A stretch of 64,000 nucleotides of DNA from the human T2T-CHM13v2.0 reference genome, Homo sapiens. The stretch lies in the NCBI RefSeq assembly GCF_009914755.1, contig NC_060938.1. One strand, 5' to 3'. Under the pieces are notes generated by a model that saw only the letters and a program-made list of their open reading frames with translations, did not search any database and was not told the DNA's origin. The position numbers and the translations under genes are program-made. Shown piece by piece: positions 1-25,217 of this stretch (positions within the stretch are counted from its first letter, which is position 1; the number at the start of each line of letters is the position of its first letter).

Positions 1-409
1 AAACACTTCAAGATAAAACATGAGACTTCAAAGAAATCCTGAGAATGATAATGCCTTTCTAGATGTCCTTTAACAAAAATCACTCCCTTTTGCTGATAAG
101 AATACTATTTTAATGGAAAAATTGAAGAACCACTAAGCTATGAGTAAGTTGAACTATATGAAACTGCCATTTTTATAGGTGAAAAAAAAGGCTGGCTTGA
201 CAATTTATGTGATTCAACTTAAGTACCAGTCTTCAAATGTCAGACATAGTGTATGTACTAATGTCTGTACTTTGCATAGTATTCTTTCCTTTCGATTGGC
301 TCTGTATTAAGCCTAGTGACTTTATTAGCCTAGAGTAACACATATGTATATTATTGACTACTAATAGAAAAAGGAACCAGCAGGGCACCAATATTCTAGG
401 GCCAGAGTT

Positions 410-1005
<596 letters not shown>

Positions 1006-1059
1006 TAAAGTAACTTACTCCAAAACCATATCTAAGAGCAGTTAACAACCGTATTATCA

Positions 1060-1352
1060 GGCCAGGCGCAGTGGCTCATGCCTGTAATCCCAGCACTTTG
1101 GGAAGCCAAGGCTGGCAGATCACTTGAGCCGAGGAGTTCATGACCAACCTGGGCAACATGGCAAAACCCTGTCTCCACAAAACATACAAAAGTTAGCTGG
1201 GTGTGGTGGTGCACACCTGTAGTCCCAGCTGTTCGTGAGGCTGAGGTGGGAGGATCCCTTGAGATAGGGAGATGGAGGCTGCAGTGGGCCAAGATCGCGC
1301 CACTGCACTCCAGCCTCAGCAAGACCCTGTCTCAAAACAAACAAAACCAACC
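1060..1352 (+). mobile_element. Alu (J/S)
   Basis: Alu consensus similarity. Confidence 0.9.
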
Positions 1353-3501
1353 ATATTATCAACAAGGGTTGGTTTTAATTCATTTGGAAATGAGTTAACT
1401 TCAATTTTATTTAGGCATGACAGTGTAAGCACCTTCAACAATGTCAACAAATATACAGGCTGCTGATTATTCTGGTCCTGATAGAAACTGCTAATATAAT
1501 TTTCTCTCTCTAGAGTTTACAGGTCTATTTTGGTATGGACGGAAACATATGTTGAAATTTATTGGGAGAAAAAAGTATTCTAATCTTCTTGGTCATTTTA
1601 GTTCCTTAAAATGATTATATCATTTCAAGGGCGGAAAAGGGAAAAATCACAAATAATCAAAGAGGACATTGGACATGAGATAAGATAGGTTTATTGGATT
1701 GGTTTGTTAGTGTCTTCCTTCTGGAGCATGAAAATAATTCACAAAACAAAAAAGTTACTAAACAGTAAATGAAACTAATTCCAGAATGTATCAAGTACCT
1801 GAAGTGTTGGGATACGTCTCAGACTTAAATTTCAATTATTTTTCTTTGACTTTTACTTCTCTAAAAGACACCGTAACAGCTTCAACTCACCCTATAGTCT
1901 TAGTTCCTCAGTTCTGAACAAAAAGCATGAAGTAAACAAACAAAAAAAACCCCAACTGTCAAGAACTCCCACAATTCAAGAAACACAGATAAATCCTAAA
2001 ATCTAAACCTCTCCCAAAAATACAGTAATTAGCTTTCATCTAGAAGGAAGCTAGATTATTCTACCCTGACCTCAGATTTTCATTTGTGATTTAGGCTTTG
2101 CAAAATTATACGTTACAAAAACAGGAACTCACCAGTTACACAGAGCATTAGGCCACACTTGAGATGTTGCTTAAAGAAGGCTGCCCCTGGTATAAAGAAA
2201 ATTAAGTCCTTTTGTTACAGTACTTTATACATCTCTAGGCAGAATCCTAAAGCTGGTTTGCTGACACTTAACTGGTACACTTTATTAGTTTTAGGGTAAA
2301 ATGGATAAGAAGCAAGTCATTTATAATGTTAGAGTTCTTTAACACAGTTAAAACTTGATAATTTAAAAATCTTGTCTGTATCAATTCCATCTTTGAATCT
2401 GAAATATCTTGCTTCCTTCTTTCTACAATAAAATACTTTAAAATTAGGCTAAAAAAAATCACTTGCCTCAGAAAACAGCAGAAAAATCTCTGAAAATGAA
2501 ATTCAAACTTAGGATATTATTCTGTATGACCTTAATATTAGTCTTTCTAATTCTCTATAACAACCCTACAAATAAATTGGCTATCATTAGTTAAAAATTT
2601 GAAATGTTAACAATATAATAATGATTTAAGCTCAATAGGAAATAATTTGATTGAGCTGAGTGGTTCAAACCTATGCATATTAAATCTAAATATGAAAAAT
2701 GCAAAAACTTTTATAGCCAATGCTGAAATTTTAGAAAAGCTGATAGTTTAATATAAACAGTGGCAGTACAAATGGTTCAACTCTTTTAGAAAAAAATATT
2801 ATTTATCAGAGGTTACAAAAATATCAAAACCATTTGACAAAAACATCCAGTTTTTGAAAATTCATAAGAAAAAGGAAAATATAAGTATAAAAGTATTAAT
2901 TACAGCACTGTAATTAACTGTAATTCCAGTGAAAATTCAAAAGAACTTACAAGTCCAACACAAGAGAAATGGTTAAAATTTGACATATTCAAAGAATACT
3001 AGGCTGTCATATAAAACCATGAAAACTACAAATGCACAGGAGTGCAAAAGGCTTAATGGGAGGAAAAAAAAGTAAAGAAAACTACGAGTGCAGAAGTTTT
3101 ACATGTTAAGAGAAACCTTCAGATAAAGCAGTGTTTACCAAGAGTACTTTGTGGAATGCTGCCAGAAGAATGAAAACATGTATTCTGTGGGAAGAGGGGG
3201 AAATCCAAGTTGAAATGGTTTTGGGAAATGCCTCGTTGTCAGTTTTCTTCACCAGTTTCTCCATACATGTAACATGGTAATGTGCACTATGTACTGCCAA
3301 GAGGGTGTGCAGATAGAGCATTTGATGTTTCTAAACATGTTTTAACCATAGGCTTCTCCTCCACTCCCTTTTTCTTTTTTTCCCAGCCAGGAATCTCATA
3401 GAATTGGTGTTCTATAGAATACAATCTTTGAAATACTAATCATTAAAGACTAGCATACGTCAAAAAAATTTAAAATTTTTTTTGTTCATATTATAAAATG
3501 A

Positions 3502-4525
<1,024 letters not shown>

Positions 4526-6469
4526 TTGTGTTATTCTATAATTGTAAGTAACTTTCACATATACATCCTTTACAAACTAAAAATGCTTGTTGTACTATAT
4601 ATTTTAAAATTTGATTTACGGAATTCTGAATACGAATTCCCACTGTCAAATGAATCCATGTTTTCTAACTCGTACCACAAAAACTTAACTTATGACGAAC
4701 CCCAGGCACGGCACTAATACTTCTAATTGTAATATATAATGAAAACACATTCAGCGTACCAAGATGCCAAGAATATTTCCTGCAAACTTGGTAGGAACGG
4801 GAAGAATGTTGCCGCTCACCACTGCATAATACAAAGCAATATGAACAGCAAATACACACTGCTCTAAGAACTGATGGGGAGCACATCCTATTAGGATAGA
4901 GAAGTCAGAGTGGAGTAGGAGAGAAACAGGAGTTACCAAGACAAAGAATTTAACACCGGGACAAGAAATTTATAAGAAGTGGGGTGAAAAAGGGTTACAG
5001 GTTGGGGACTGAATTTACTCTGCCTTCTTTTTTTTTTTTTTTTTCCAAAATACTGCATGTTATTGTAAGGAATGAGAAAAATGGTAGAAGCTGGATTCCA
5101 TGATGGCGAGATTGCCAGTGGGAGCCCTAATTGGACTATAACTGTGTGTAGCAATTCTCCTTCCAGATTACAAAAGAGAACACCCCGGAAGCGTAAAAGA
5201 AAGTGTTCTGGGGGGTGGGAGGGGATAAGACTGAGCAGTAGGAACCAACTCTAAGATGTCAGTGACAGAAAAATGATTATTTTTTGAGGATCTACGTACT
5301 AAAACCTTTTAATTCACTATCTCATTTAATCCTCGTAATACTGAAACTTAAGATATTATTATTCTAATTTTACATAGAAAGATAATGAGCTAAGAAATTT
5401 GTCCGAGGCTGAAATGCTACTTAAGTGGAAGAAGAAGGTAATGTCCATGTCTGTCTGTCTAAACGTCCACATTCTTTCAACTACTTCATATAGTCTCTAC
5501 AGTAATCACTGCTATTACTAATACAGTTATTGCCATAGCTGGTGAAGCATCCAATCCTTCTAACTTTGTTGTTCTTTCTCATCACTTCACTTTTATGTCT
5601 CCAGTACTTTGAGGCTTTTTGTTAGTGTTATGTCTTCCAGAGACATCAGCTTTCAGAGAGCCCTTTCCATCTAGACGGCAAATCAATAAGTACTAAAAGT
5701 ATTAGTTTAGTCTTTGGCTATTCTTGACTATTTTTATTATGCTTCATTCCACACACCAATTCTCCCATCTCTCCATGGAAGGGGGATTTCATTCTGGACC
5801 TTTAGGAATGCCAGAGGCAGATTTTAAGTTAAGAAGTTTTACTTTTCTTGTATCTCCCACCACACTCTTCTGAAAGTCACTAGCTAGCAATCACACTACT
5901 TGGTACCTAACTGAGATTCCAGTAACAGGAAGTAAAAAAACAAAGTCTATAGAGCAATTGTTTCAGAACTCGTGGATTTTACTGACATAAATCCATCAAA
6001 GCCTATTCATTCTTAGTTTAGACATGACTAATAATCCAGTTATTTGGATTCTAGATAGAGAAACACATTAAAAGTAAAAGAGCAAACCCACTAAGAGCAG
6101 GAAGCTAACAGTGATGAAAGAGACAAATAATATTGAATATAGATATTTTTAAAAGCAGAGCAATATAGGGCTACTTAATACAGGTGCAAAGTGTACAAGA
6201 TGCCATTATTCCTCCAGCACATCAGGGTTTACAGGAGAGGCCAGAAATTCTTGCCCCCTTTTAAAAATGAGTCAATCCTTGCATCTGTTGCTTGTGCAAT
6301 CTGCTATCTAGGACTTCCAAGTTTAGGCATTAGACTCTACCTGCTTTGGAATCTTCCTTTTCCCTCTCCTCTAATTGTTCATGTCTCTTACATCCCAGTT
6401 AGAATTCACAGATTCACCCTTAATCCACACTATGGTCTAATGTCCTGGCTCTTCCTCATGGTTCCTACA

Positions 6470-9884
<3,415 letters not shown>

Positions 9885-9952
9885 TTAAAACTGAATTTAA
9901 TCTATTTCCTCCTACAAAAGATTTAGTGATTAAGCACTTAAGAGCTCTAGTT

Positions 9953-10147
9953 CAGGGGTCCACTAATTTTTTTCTGTAAAGGACCAGACAATACTCTAGG
10001 CTTTGGGAGCCATACGGTCTCTATCACAACTACTCAAAAACAAAACATGCACAGCCATAACGAAGGAGCATTGTTGTGTTCAATAAAACTTTTATAAAAC
10101 TGCCAGCAGAGCAGATTTGACCCACAGGCTGTAGATTGCTGAGCACT
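9953..10147. mobile_element. MER58-like hAT element
   Basis: caggggtc...ttttctgtaaagg...caataaaactttt...gctgtag pattern. Confidence 0.7.
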
Positions 10148-11429
10148 ATTTTAATTCAAAAATTTAACACTAGAACTAGACAAGGGATCTAATTAAGTGA
10201 CACAGGCAAGTCTTTACTAAGTTTTTTGGCCCCAGTTAATTGATTTCTCAAATGAGATTTAATAACAGTTTCTCAATGTCTCCTGAAAAAGCAGAAGTGT
10301 TATTTATATGAGGACTGTGGTCTCATTAAAGGATTGTTCAAACTCTTCAATTATACTATGGGATAATTAATGAACCACACAAGACTCAATAGAGCTTTTT
10401 AAAAAAATGCAGATGTCATTAAACGCTTAATTCAGAATAATTTTAGAATTTAAAAAATTCAGAATTTAACCCTTATGTTATTCATAGTTAAGAAAGACTA
10501 TTATAAACTACCTCAACCTTTTTGAAACAAAGCAAGAAGAAAGGTAAGTGTATTGGTTAAAGACAAGTAAAAAAATAATTTTTTTCTGTAGATAATATAT
10601 TCATTAGTTTAATGTAGTTAATTTTAATTAATAATTTAAGAATTAAAAAGGTACTTTGGAGTCATGTATTTTCTGTGACTAAAGTCAGATACAATAATGA
10701 ATAATACTAAAAAAGTGACCTAATCTAACATCCATAAATAGTGGAGGGAACTTAAGCTAGAATTCAGGTCTCCTGACTTTCAGGTGAGGAGTCTTTTCTT
10801 ATTCTCCTATTCTATAGTCATCTAGGTAAAACAACTGCATTCCAAGGCACAACAAATCCATACTACAGTATTCTCCAACTGTCACTATTCTTATATTATA
10901 AATCCTGCCTGCTTATCAGTGAAGAAAAAAAAAAAGTCAATGGCATTAAAATGTAACACAAATCTCGGCTTCGATACTTTATCTAAAATTACTTTCTCAA
11001 AGACATACTTTCTAAAATGTTTGGAAAATTAAACAAAATTCTCCTCTCCCCATCCAACTAATGCTCAATTCTAACCACACTTCTGCTTTCCCTACAGCTT
11101 AAGTAATTTCACTGGGAGTATTTTCTCTGGAAGTTCTTAAGTGTACTTGTGGGCCCCTTTTTTTCCTCCTTAAACTTCTAATATCTTTCAGGCTGTAAAT
11201 TCCTTAAGGGCGCCTAGCCCCAAAAAAGTGCTGCATATTTGTTCAATAAATGAATGCACATAAAAACAATGGATAACTATGACCTTTAATGTAGGAGCTC
11301 AAGCCATTTTATTATTATCTGACTTGACAGTCAAGAAAATTATCCCAACTTGCCAGAGGTATCCATTACTGTGATAAATAAACACTATAAAACGCTTTAT
11401 AAAGTTTCTAAAGACTTTATAATCACTTG

Positions 11430-12500
11430 AAATAACGCCGCGTTGGCCGAGAGTAGGGTGAAAGAAAATGTTTCCTCACACTAAGCAAATGCCACCAAAG
11501 GAAAAGCTTTCTTTCCTGGAGAGAACTGCAACAGTTAGAAAGCAAATATCCACACTCTCCACTGCTCCCTTCTGGGAACTCTCTTTGAGGGTTCCTGCAG
11601 AAAACGAACGGGCCTCTGAGGAAGCTCGCCCGAAGGCCGGGCCGGGGCCCGGCTCCTGGCTGACCACTGGCGCAGCGGACGCCGCAGGGCGGGTCCCGGG
11701 AGCGGCGAGTTGGCGAGGCGGGCTCCGACCTGCTGACCTTCCCCACACGCCCGGCAACCCCGGCTCCCGCTGGCGGGCAGAGTCCACGCCTACCTGTTGT
11801 GCACAGGTGAAGCCAGACTTTCCCGTAGTCCAGGAGGAAGAACGGACCACGCTGTTTATCAGCCGACCCTGTGCCCCAGTCAGCCTCTTCTCGGCGGACT
11901 CCAGCCCTTAGGGTCAAGACACCTAGCCCCTCGACCGGTTCTCCCACCGGCTTCTTTCGCGATCACATTGCTGCCGCGACCACCCTCGGGATCCCCGAGC
12001 GCTCAACTCATACAGCGGCCCTGGTGCGTTCTCCTTCCCAGCCAACAGGCAGCCCAGACACAGCCCCCTCGCGCCCGGAGGTGTCCCCGCTCCCTGGATC
12101 CCCGACTGCCTGCCTTTGGGGGTCCTCCTCAGCTGAGCGTGCGTCCCGGTCCAGCAACGTTACCGGCTGCTCTGCTAACCCTAGCAGAGTCTGGAATTGC
12201 CGGCGGCGGCGACAGCGAGGCATTGAGGTGGGCGGGGCGCGCGTGGGGCGTGGCCGGAAAGCTCGCAGCGGCGAGCACCGCGGGAGCTAGCGATTGGGAG
12301 CGCGCCCTGCGCCGGGCCGCTGGTCCAAGGCCCCGCCAGCTGGCCGCCGAGCCATCGAGCGCCCACTCTGGCAGGCGTGACTGCTTCACCGTCGAAAGAG
12401 CGATGGAGACTGCGGCCCAAGTTAGGATTAGGACAGCGGTTTTTCAGTCCGGAGATTCCGGCCACAACTATTTTTGTCTGTTTTTATCGTAAGCCAGAGT
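11430..12500. promoter_or_regulatory. HEATR5A: CpG island; probable bidirectional promoter and non-coding first exon of HEATR5A (minus) plus a divergent lncRNA (plus)
   Basis: CpG-rich non-repeat island; GC box at 12230-12237, CCGGAA near 12254, ATTGG near 12293; minus-strand donors CAG|GTAGGC (11794) and CCG|GTAACG (12164); plus-strand donor ATC|GTAAGC (12488). The gene name comes from recalled synteny with DTD2; no HEATR5A coding sequence is in the window. Confidence 0.72.
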
Positions 12501-13444
12501 CTTTGGGTGCAGCTCTGGGACACCTAAAGGGCCTGGAGAAATTCAGGCGGGGCCAGTGCTGTGGGGGTAGATGTTAGACGTGGAAGGGACCCTAGAGAGC
12601 CTTGACTGTGAGGACTGAGGTAAAGTGACTTGCTCAAGGTCACATACTAAGTCAATGGCAGAACTGAGACTAATAGCCTCTTACCTTGAGTCATGTGCGT
12701 TTTCCCACTACACTCAGCGTTTTAAATGTCATTTTTCAAGTTTCATTTTGAATCTATCTCCAGCTTACAAAAAGGTTGCAAGTATAGTACAAAGAACTTT
12801 TTTTCCCTGAATTGAGATTTAAATTGCTGACACCCTGCCACATTGTCCCTAAGCACCTTCTACATAATCACAATATAACCATCAAAATCAAAACATTTAC
12901 GTAACTCGGCGTTTTACCAATTGTCCCAATAATATTGTTTATGGTAAAAGATTCCGTTCAGAATCAGGCATTGTATTTACTTATCATGTATCTTTCCTAC
13001 TCTTCAAACTGGAACTCTCAGTCTTGCCTTGCCTTTCATATTCTTGACGCTGTTAAAGATTCCTGGCCAGTTATTTTTGTAGAATGGCCTTCATTTTGGG
13101 TCTGTCTGATATTTACTCATGATTACATTTAGCTAGGTATGACAGGACTCTAGAAGTGTTGCTGCTTTCTTCTCATGGCACCCTATCAGGTGGCACGATT
13201 TTAACTTCTCTCATTACAGATGTTTACTTTAATAAGGTGATGTCTGTTAGGCTTGTCCAGTGTGGTTACTTTTTTCCCCCCTTTGTAAATTAATAAGTAT
13301 TTTGTGAGGGAGACTCTGAAACTCTCCTTTCAAGATATTTGTAAATATCTTGTTTCTCATCAAATCTTCAGTTAATGTATTTATATTAATTAGTATGGAT
13401 CCAGAGGTTTCTATTTTGTTAAATGACTTATAATCCGTTTCTTT

Positions 13445-14490
<1,046 letters not shown>

Positions 14491-15284
14491 AGCCTTAGAT
14501 TCTGTAAACATTTTATTGTAAAATATTTTTTAATACAGAATAATTAAAAGAGCTTTAAATACCATATACACATAATCCAGATTCAACATTAACAGGTTAC
14601 CATTCTGAGGCCTTTTGACACATCCCCATCATTCTTTCAGCACTCCCCTAGTTACTAGGGCAATTAGATGTTTCATACTCATCCTGCTCCAGCCTTGGAT
14701 GTAATCATTTATTCAGGAGCCCTGATTCCTTATAGCGGAGAATGGTATTTAGCACTAGGTATGCTCACTGCTATTGAGATATCCATAGCCCAGGCTGTCT
14801 GAGTGGATGCAGTTAGGGAATATTTATACATTCATACACATATACAGCACATCTTTATATGTATCCTTACACACACATTTACAGTTATATTTCTTTGTCT
14901 AACAATATATATTGAAAAATCATGTGTTCACAGTAAAACCTCCAATCCAGCATCATACAGTTCATTCTAGTTTTTGCCCTTCCACATTTATAACTACTTT
15001 CTCCTACAGAGAGAAGCCTGGCTCCCATTATCCTTGAGATATTTACTTATTTGAACAACCCTGCTATGTGTGAGCAATCATCCATAGTTGCCATCTATTC
15101 CTTTGGAGGATACTGCCCTTACCCCACTAAGGTTCTGAAAGCCCCAAATTAGCCATCTCAAGCCCCTCTCTCATCTTTCTTTCCTTACCATCACTCCCAC
15201 ACCCTGTGATCATGCCTAGCCCATAAACCCTGCCGACAATGCTCAGACCCAAACATCCCTTGCCAAGCATCCCCCTTACCTCAC

Positions 15285-15640
15285 TTTATATAGATTAGAC
15301 ATACACTATATATAATCATATATATTAGTTATATATTCTTTACAGCACCCTATATACACATACATACATTCAATATATAGATTAGTTATATATCTCATAT
15401 ATTCATTATATATTAATTTTTATAAAACCCTATATATACACACACTATATATGTTATATATCATATATATTTGTTATATATATTACTTACAGTACCTAAA
15501 ACATGAATCACATATATAGTGTGTATATCATGTATATATGTATATATATAGTGTGTATATATACAGTGTGTATATGTATATGTAAAGAATAATATGCAAG
15601 ACATATATTGTGTACATGTATACAGGGTATTGTAAAGTAC
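15285..15640. repeat. Degenerate (TA/CA/TG)n low-complexity tract
   Basis: Alternating purine-pyrimidine AT-rich run. Confidence 0.8.
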
Positions 15641-17027
15641 CCTAAAAAAGGAACAAAACTATTATAGGATCCTGAAGGAGAGAGCAATTACTATGAAGTA
15701 CAGCTGGGAGGCTCATGAAGGGTTTAAAGAGATGACATTTAAAATGGGCTTTGAAGGACACGTAAGGATGGATGAGTAGAATATATGCTATTAGATATTG
15801 AAAAAACTCTGGACCTTTTAGCAGGCTCAAAGCAGAGAAAGAAATTCATTTTGCCTGAGTACACGGTATGAGAATAACAACATTAGAATTTCAGAATTGG
15901 AAGGGATATTATGTATCATTGAGTCCAACTAATAGTTTTACAACAGATTCAAAGATGGCTCCAGACTTTAAGCTAAGTGACTAAGAGAATGAAATTAGAA
16001 GGTGGAGTTTGGAGGGGAAGATAATGAGTTTAATTTTAAACATTTCACATTTGAGGTGACAGTAAGGCATCCAAGGGGAAATGAGGGACTACAGCTTAGA
16101 AGAGGGGTCAGAGCTAGAGAAGAGGAGTCAGAGCTAGAGATGTAGAATCCGAATTTTTCCACCTGGTGCTAACAACTGACAGCACTCTGAAACAAACACC
16201 AATGTTATCATCTTAACCAAATGGAAATGTGTCCCACTGTTCAACTACCATTATAGTTTGATTATACTTTGTTTAATTTTAAATGGAGATTTTGAGTCAC
16301 AATAAAGAAGCTGTATTATAGGTAGCAGAAAGAACATAGCTTTGGAATTGGTGACTTGCGTTCAAATTCTAATTACACCACTTAGTAGGCATGACCTAGG
16401 GAAAATCACTTCATATCTCAGAAGCTCAATTTCCTCACTTGTAAAGTGAGAATACTATCTCCTTCCCTGAGGTGTTCTAAGGATTTGAGATATAATATAT
16501 AACTAGCATGTTATATATTACTTACAGAAGGTGCTCATCAGATATTTGATGAAGGAATGGAGAATTTGATATACTTCCTACTTATTTTATACTCACCACT
16601 ATAAAGCATTATACTGCATTTTCTAGGCTTTGTATAACAGAAAAATTTTCCCACCAATAAATGAAACATTTTTAGAAGTATAACAGTTGGTATTTAATGG
16701 TATATGTAAAAATATTGAAGTAAGCCAGTGGTTACCCATTTAACTTGCTATGTGATATCCTGCTATAATTTATTGTTCAAATATAACTAATTCAATGATT
16801 TTTGGTTCCAACTAGCATACATTTGGGAAACTGAAAATGATAGATTACCTTTAAGATTACTTCTATTTCTGAAATTGTAAAATTCAATGATGGTAGAACA
16901 ATATTACTCCAACAATGGAATTCTAGTGTACCCATGGAACTCTAGGGTCCTCCTCTTGATGGTACCCCTCAAGAGGTTAATAGGAGTTCCTTTAAAAAGG
17001 CATTCTTGGCCAGGCGCAGTGGCTCAC

Positions 17028-17283
17028 GCCTGTAATGCCAGCACTTTGGGAGGCTGAGGTGGGCGGATCACGAGGTCAGGAGATGGAGATCATCCTGGCT
17101 AACACGGTGAAACCCCGCCTGTACTAAAAATACAAAAAAAATTAGCTGGGTGTGGTGGTGGGAGGCTGAGGCAGGAGAATGGTGTGAACCCAGGAGGCGG
17201 AGCTTGTAGTGAGCAGAGATCATGCCACTGCACTCCAGCCTGGGCGACAGAGCGAGATTCCATCTCAAAAAAAAAAAAAAAAA
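17028..17283 (+). mobile_element. AluY-like element with an internal deletion
   Basis: Alu lacking the GCCTGTAGTCCCAGCTACTC segment. Confidence 0.88.
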
Positions 17284-19168
17284 CATTCTTAAATAAGTCT
17301 GAGAAGCACTACATATTAATATATTATAGCCATTTCTTAGAGAGTCGTTATGTATATTAGTGGGCTGCATTTGATGCAATGTTTCACAAACTTATTTGGA
17401 ATATAATATCCTTTTTTTTAAAAAAAGGAATGCATATTAATAAGTTTTAGAATGAATGTTTCTGGGATCAGACTTTGGAAAATGCAGCTTTGGAAGTTTG
17501 TTATTAGTGATCTACTCCAGTCATGCCAGGTTGCTCAATGTTGATGGAACCACTGAGGAGACTAGGCTTCACATGTGGCAAACTCATGTCACAAAATTCA
17601 TGGGTAGGCACAGCTTCCACTCTGTTGATTTCAATGTGATCTGAAGCCTGAGATGACACCAATACCCTACTCTAACAAAAGATCTGCTGGCCCTTTGTGA
17701 TACAGCTTTCCACTTTGCAGTCTATGAAGCATTATTTGTCAATATACTGCTGAGCTTGCTGTAATCTGTGACAGCTTTTAGCACTAAATTTCTAATGAGA
17801 ACTTTTGGCAATGGATAGGATTTCCCCCAGTAGCAAACTACCACTATAAATATTCAGTTCAAGAAGTGCTTAAAAACAGAGTAGCAGATCTTGACCTATG
17901 ATGGCAAGTAAGAGCAAGCCATTTAACCTAGAAAGAAACTGTTAAACTCAGAGCTGGTGCTTCTAAGCAGGAATACTGAACAAAGGTAGATCTGCAACTA
18001 TGTATTTGGTAACGCTTGACACTAGAAATGACTGCAATTGTGTTCATACCTAACAAGGACTCCTAAGGCCCCTCCCAAATCCTCATTCTCTGATCAGATG
18101 AAGAAATACAGTGCTTTATATGTGTGTATAAGCTTTATGGTTTTGTTCCAAACTTGCTGTAATATTTTATAAGAAAGCCACTTAACCTTTTTGAACGGTG
18201 CTTTTCTCCTATGGAAAATGAACATGTTATATTAGGGGGTCTCTTAGGGGTTATCCTCTGATTTTATCTTTTTGTTGTTGTTGTTTGTCTTATTTATCCT
18301 CTGATTTTATGAAAATCATTCTTCTGGTTTTCATAAAAAAGGGAAAGAGACTTCAGGAAGTCAGTGTTAAGATGCTGTAACCTGGAGTGGGAGAGAAGAC
18401 CCTGGAGATTGCCTCTGGCTACTGCTTTAATATAGTTTTCACCTTGAAAGGCAGGAAGGATGTGACCCTGAAGGGGTGAGCACCAGGACAGGAAGGTTCC
18501 AGTGGAGAGGGGGAGGATCAGGCAGCAACACACCTGCAGTGGCCAGGGACAGCAGGTTCTGCATAATGGAATCTGTAGCAGACTTTAAGAAGTGGGAAGG
18601 TGGTGTTTGTGGGGAATCAATAAAAGTCGGGCTAAACGGAATTAAAACAAAGTCCTTGGTCTGCTCATCCATGTTTGCCTGCCAGAAAGTCCCTGATGGG
18701 AACCACAGGAAACACTATCATAAGCCAAATTAATCACAAAGTTAATCTATCAAGGTGAAGAAGCAAAAGTTAATGACCTTCCAGCTGAGTTCTAAAAATG
18801 AGCCAAAACTCAGAGAATGGGATAGCTCAAGCCAGAGCTAGGACTGAGGAGGAGGGCCATGTTAATTAACTATTATACAAACCCTCAACTTCTGCCACAA
18901 GCTCTTTAGGAAAGTCAACTGTTTTACATGCTGACAGGTAACTGAAGAAAGTAAGTTAGTGCTTTTATTCATGGATGCTTCATCCTTTAGGAGTAGCATA
19001 TAAGGACCCCCACAGAAATCCTATTCACCAGTTGGATATATATTTGATATGAAAACTAATGAAGGATGATCATCCACTTCAAAGTTAAATGTTAGAATAG
19101 TAATCACACAAGACAACATTAAGACCCAAATAATTTGTAATAAGATTCATAATTTAAGATTATTTGTC

Positions 19169-19477
<309 letters not shown>

Positions 19478-20810
19478 CTAATTCAAGAAATTGAACTTAT
19501 CCAGCAAGCTGGCTCTACATAGTTGATAAATAATATTCTTGTGGAATTATTTTATATATAAGGAAAAACTATATACCTATTATAAAAATACCTATAGAAA
19601 TTATCAGTTACTATGTTTATGTATATAGATCTATTATTATCTTCTTTGGGACATATGATTCTTGAAGAAAATTCTAATAAAAATTAGTCATATATCAAAC
19701 TTCTTGTTTAGCTACAAACTTAAAGGCAAAAACCCTATCTAGATGCAAACATTCAACTGACCAGTATGAACAATAGCTAGAAATTGAATTACCCATGTAA
19801 TATGGTTAAGGTAATCAGTGGAGCCAGAGTCGTAGATCTGGAAGAAAAAGAAAAATGTTAATAATATGGAATAGAATTATATACTCTTGAATTCAATTTG
19901 CCAGCCTACAAGCATTCACAGACCAGAGCACAAATCCACTTATAAACCATACTTGCTTATCTTAATAATATTTTATTGACTTACACATTTTCTCCTGTTG
20001 TTTGCTTCCTTTCCCTTATATTGTCTGAGACCAAAATCAAGAAAGACATTTTCTTAAATATATGATAAAATATTAAGTTTTTAAAAAGCAAAATATTAAA
20101 TTCCTTTATTCTAATTGAACTATATTAAAATATGTGTATGGTTATGAACAACAATTATAAGAGATTAAATAAAAAGGAAATAATTGTATTTGAATCATGA
20201 GATTAGGAGCTCTTTTATCTTTTCAATATTTGTAGTTGTTTTACTGCCTTTTTTACAAAAAGAAAAAGGGCAAAGCATTTTTTAAAGTTTTCTCTTTGTA
20301 ATATGCTGATGCAATTTTTCCTACTTTGGAAAGGTACTTGACACAGAGTAAGTGCTCAATGTAAACTTGTTGAGTAAGTATACAAAATGGCAACTAAAAT
20401 TGCTGGCAGATTTCCTTTAGGGAGAAGCTAAATGATGGTACTCGCCATGCTGAGGTAAGGATAAAATAAGTCAGGATTTACTCATCCACCTAGCCAGGGG
20501 CCTCCAATTGCCTATCCTTGCTTCCTTGAGCTGGAATTAGAGATTTATTAGGAGGGTATCCATATAATTTAGTGTCCATGGGGACAGTTCTTAGAGCAAG
20601 AAGAGAGCTATTAAACACACTGCTTGGTTCTTAGATATAACACCTAAAACACAAGCAACTAAAGAAAAAAGTTGATAAATCGGACTTCATCAAAATTCAA
20701 AACCTTTGTAATTCAAAGGACATTATCAAAAAAAATTAAAAGATAACTCATAAAACAGAACAAAATATTTTCAAATCATTTATTAGATGAGTCTAGTACC
20801 CAGAATATAG

Positions 20811-21441
<631 letters not shown>

Positions 21442-21905
21442 CCAAAGAACTCTTATAATCAACAATAAACCCAATTTAAAAATGGGCAGAAGATATGAAT
21501 GAACATCTCTCCAAGGAATATATACCAAATGGCCAATAAGCACATGAAAATATGTTCAACTTTGTTAGTCATTAAGGGAACAAATGCATAGCAAAACCAC
21601 TGTGATACCACTTCACACCCACTATGATGACTATAATTTTTTAAAACTGGAAAATAGGTGTTGGTGAGGAAGTACAGAAACTGGAACTCTCATATACTAC
21701 TAGCAAAAGTATAAAATGATACAGTTGTTTTGGAAAACATTTTGACAGTTTCTCAAAGAGTTAAACATAGAGTTACTATATGACCTACCAATTCTACGTC
21801 TAGGTATATACCCAAGATAATTAAAAACATATATCCACACAAAAACTTGACCTTGAATGTTCATAGCAGAATTACTCCAAAAAGTGGAAACGATGCAAAT
21901 GTCTG

Positions 21906-25217
<3,312 letters not shown>

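Noticed and set aside
11423-12577. Overlapping 124-231 aa ORFs in the CpG island
   Set aside because: Stop-poor GC-rich sequence, open on both strands, low-complexity R/P/G/A composition, no recognisable domain
17500-17700. Possible C/D-box snoRNA-like motifs
   Set aside because: No canonical RUGAUGA box with a terminal stem; no tRNA, snoRNA or rRNA gene recognised anywhere in the window
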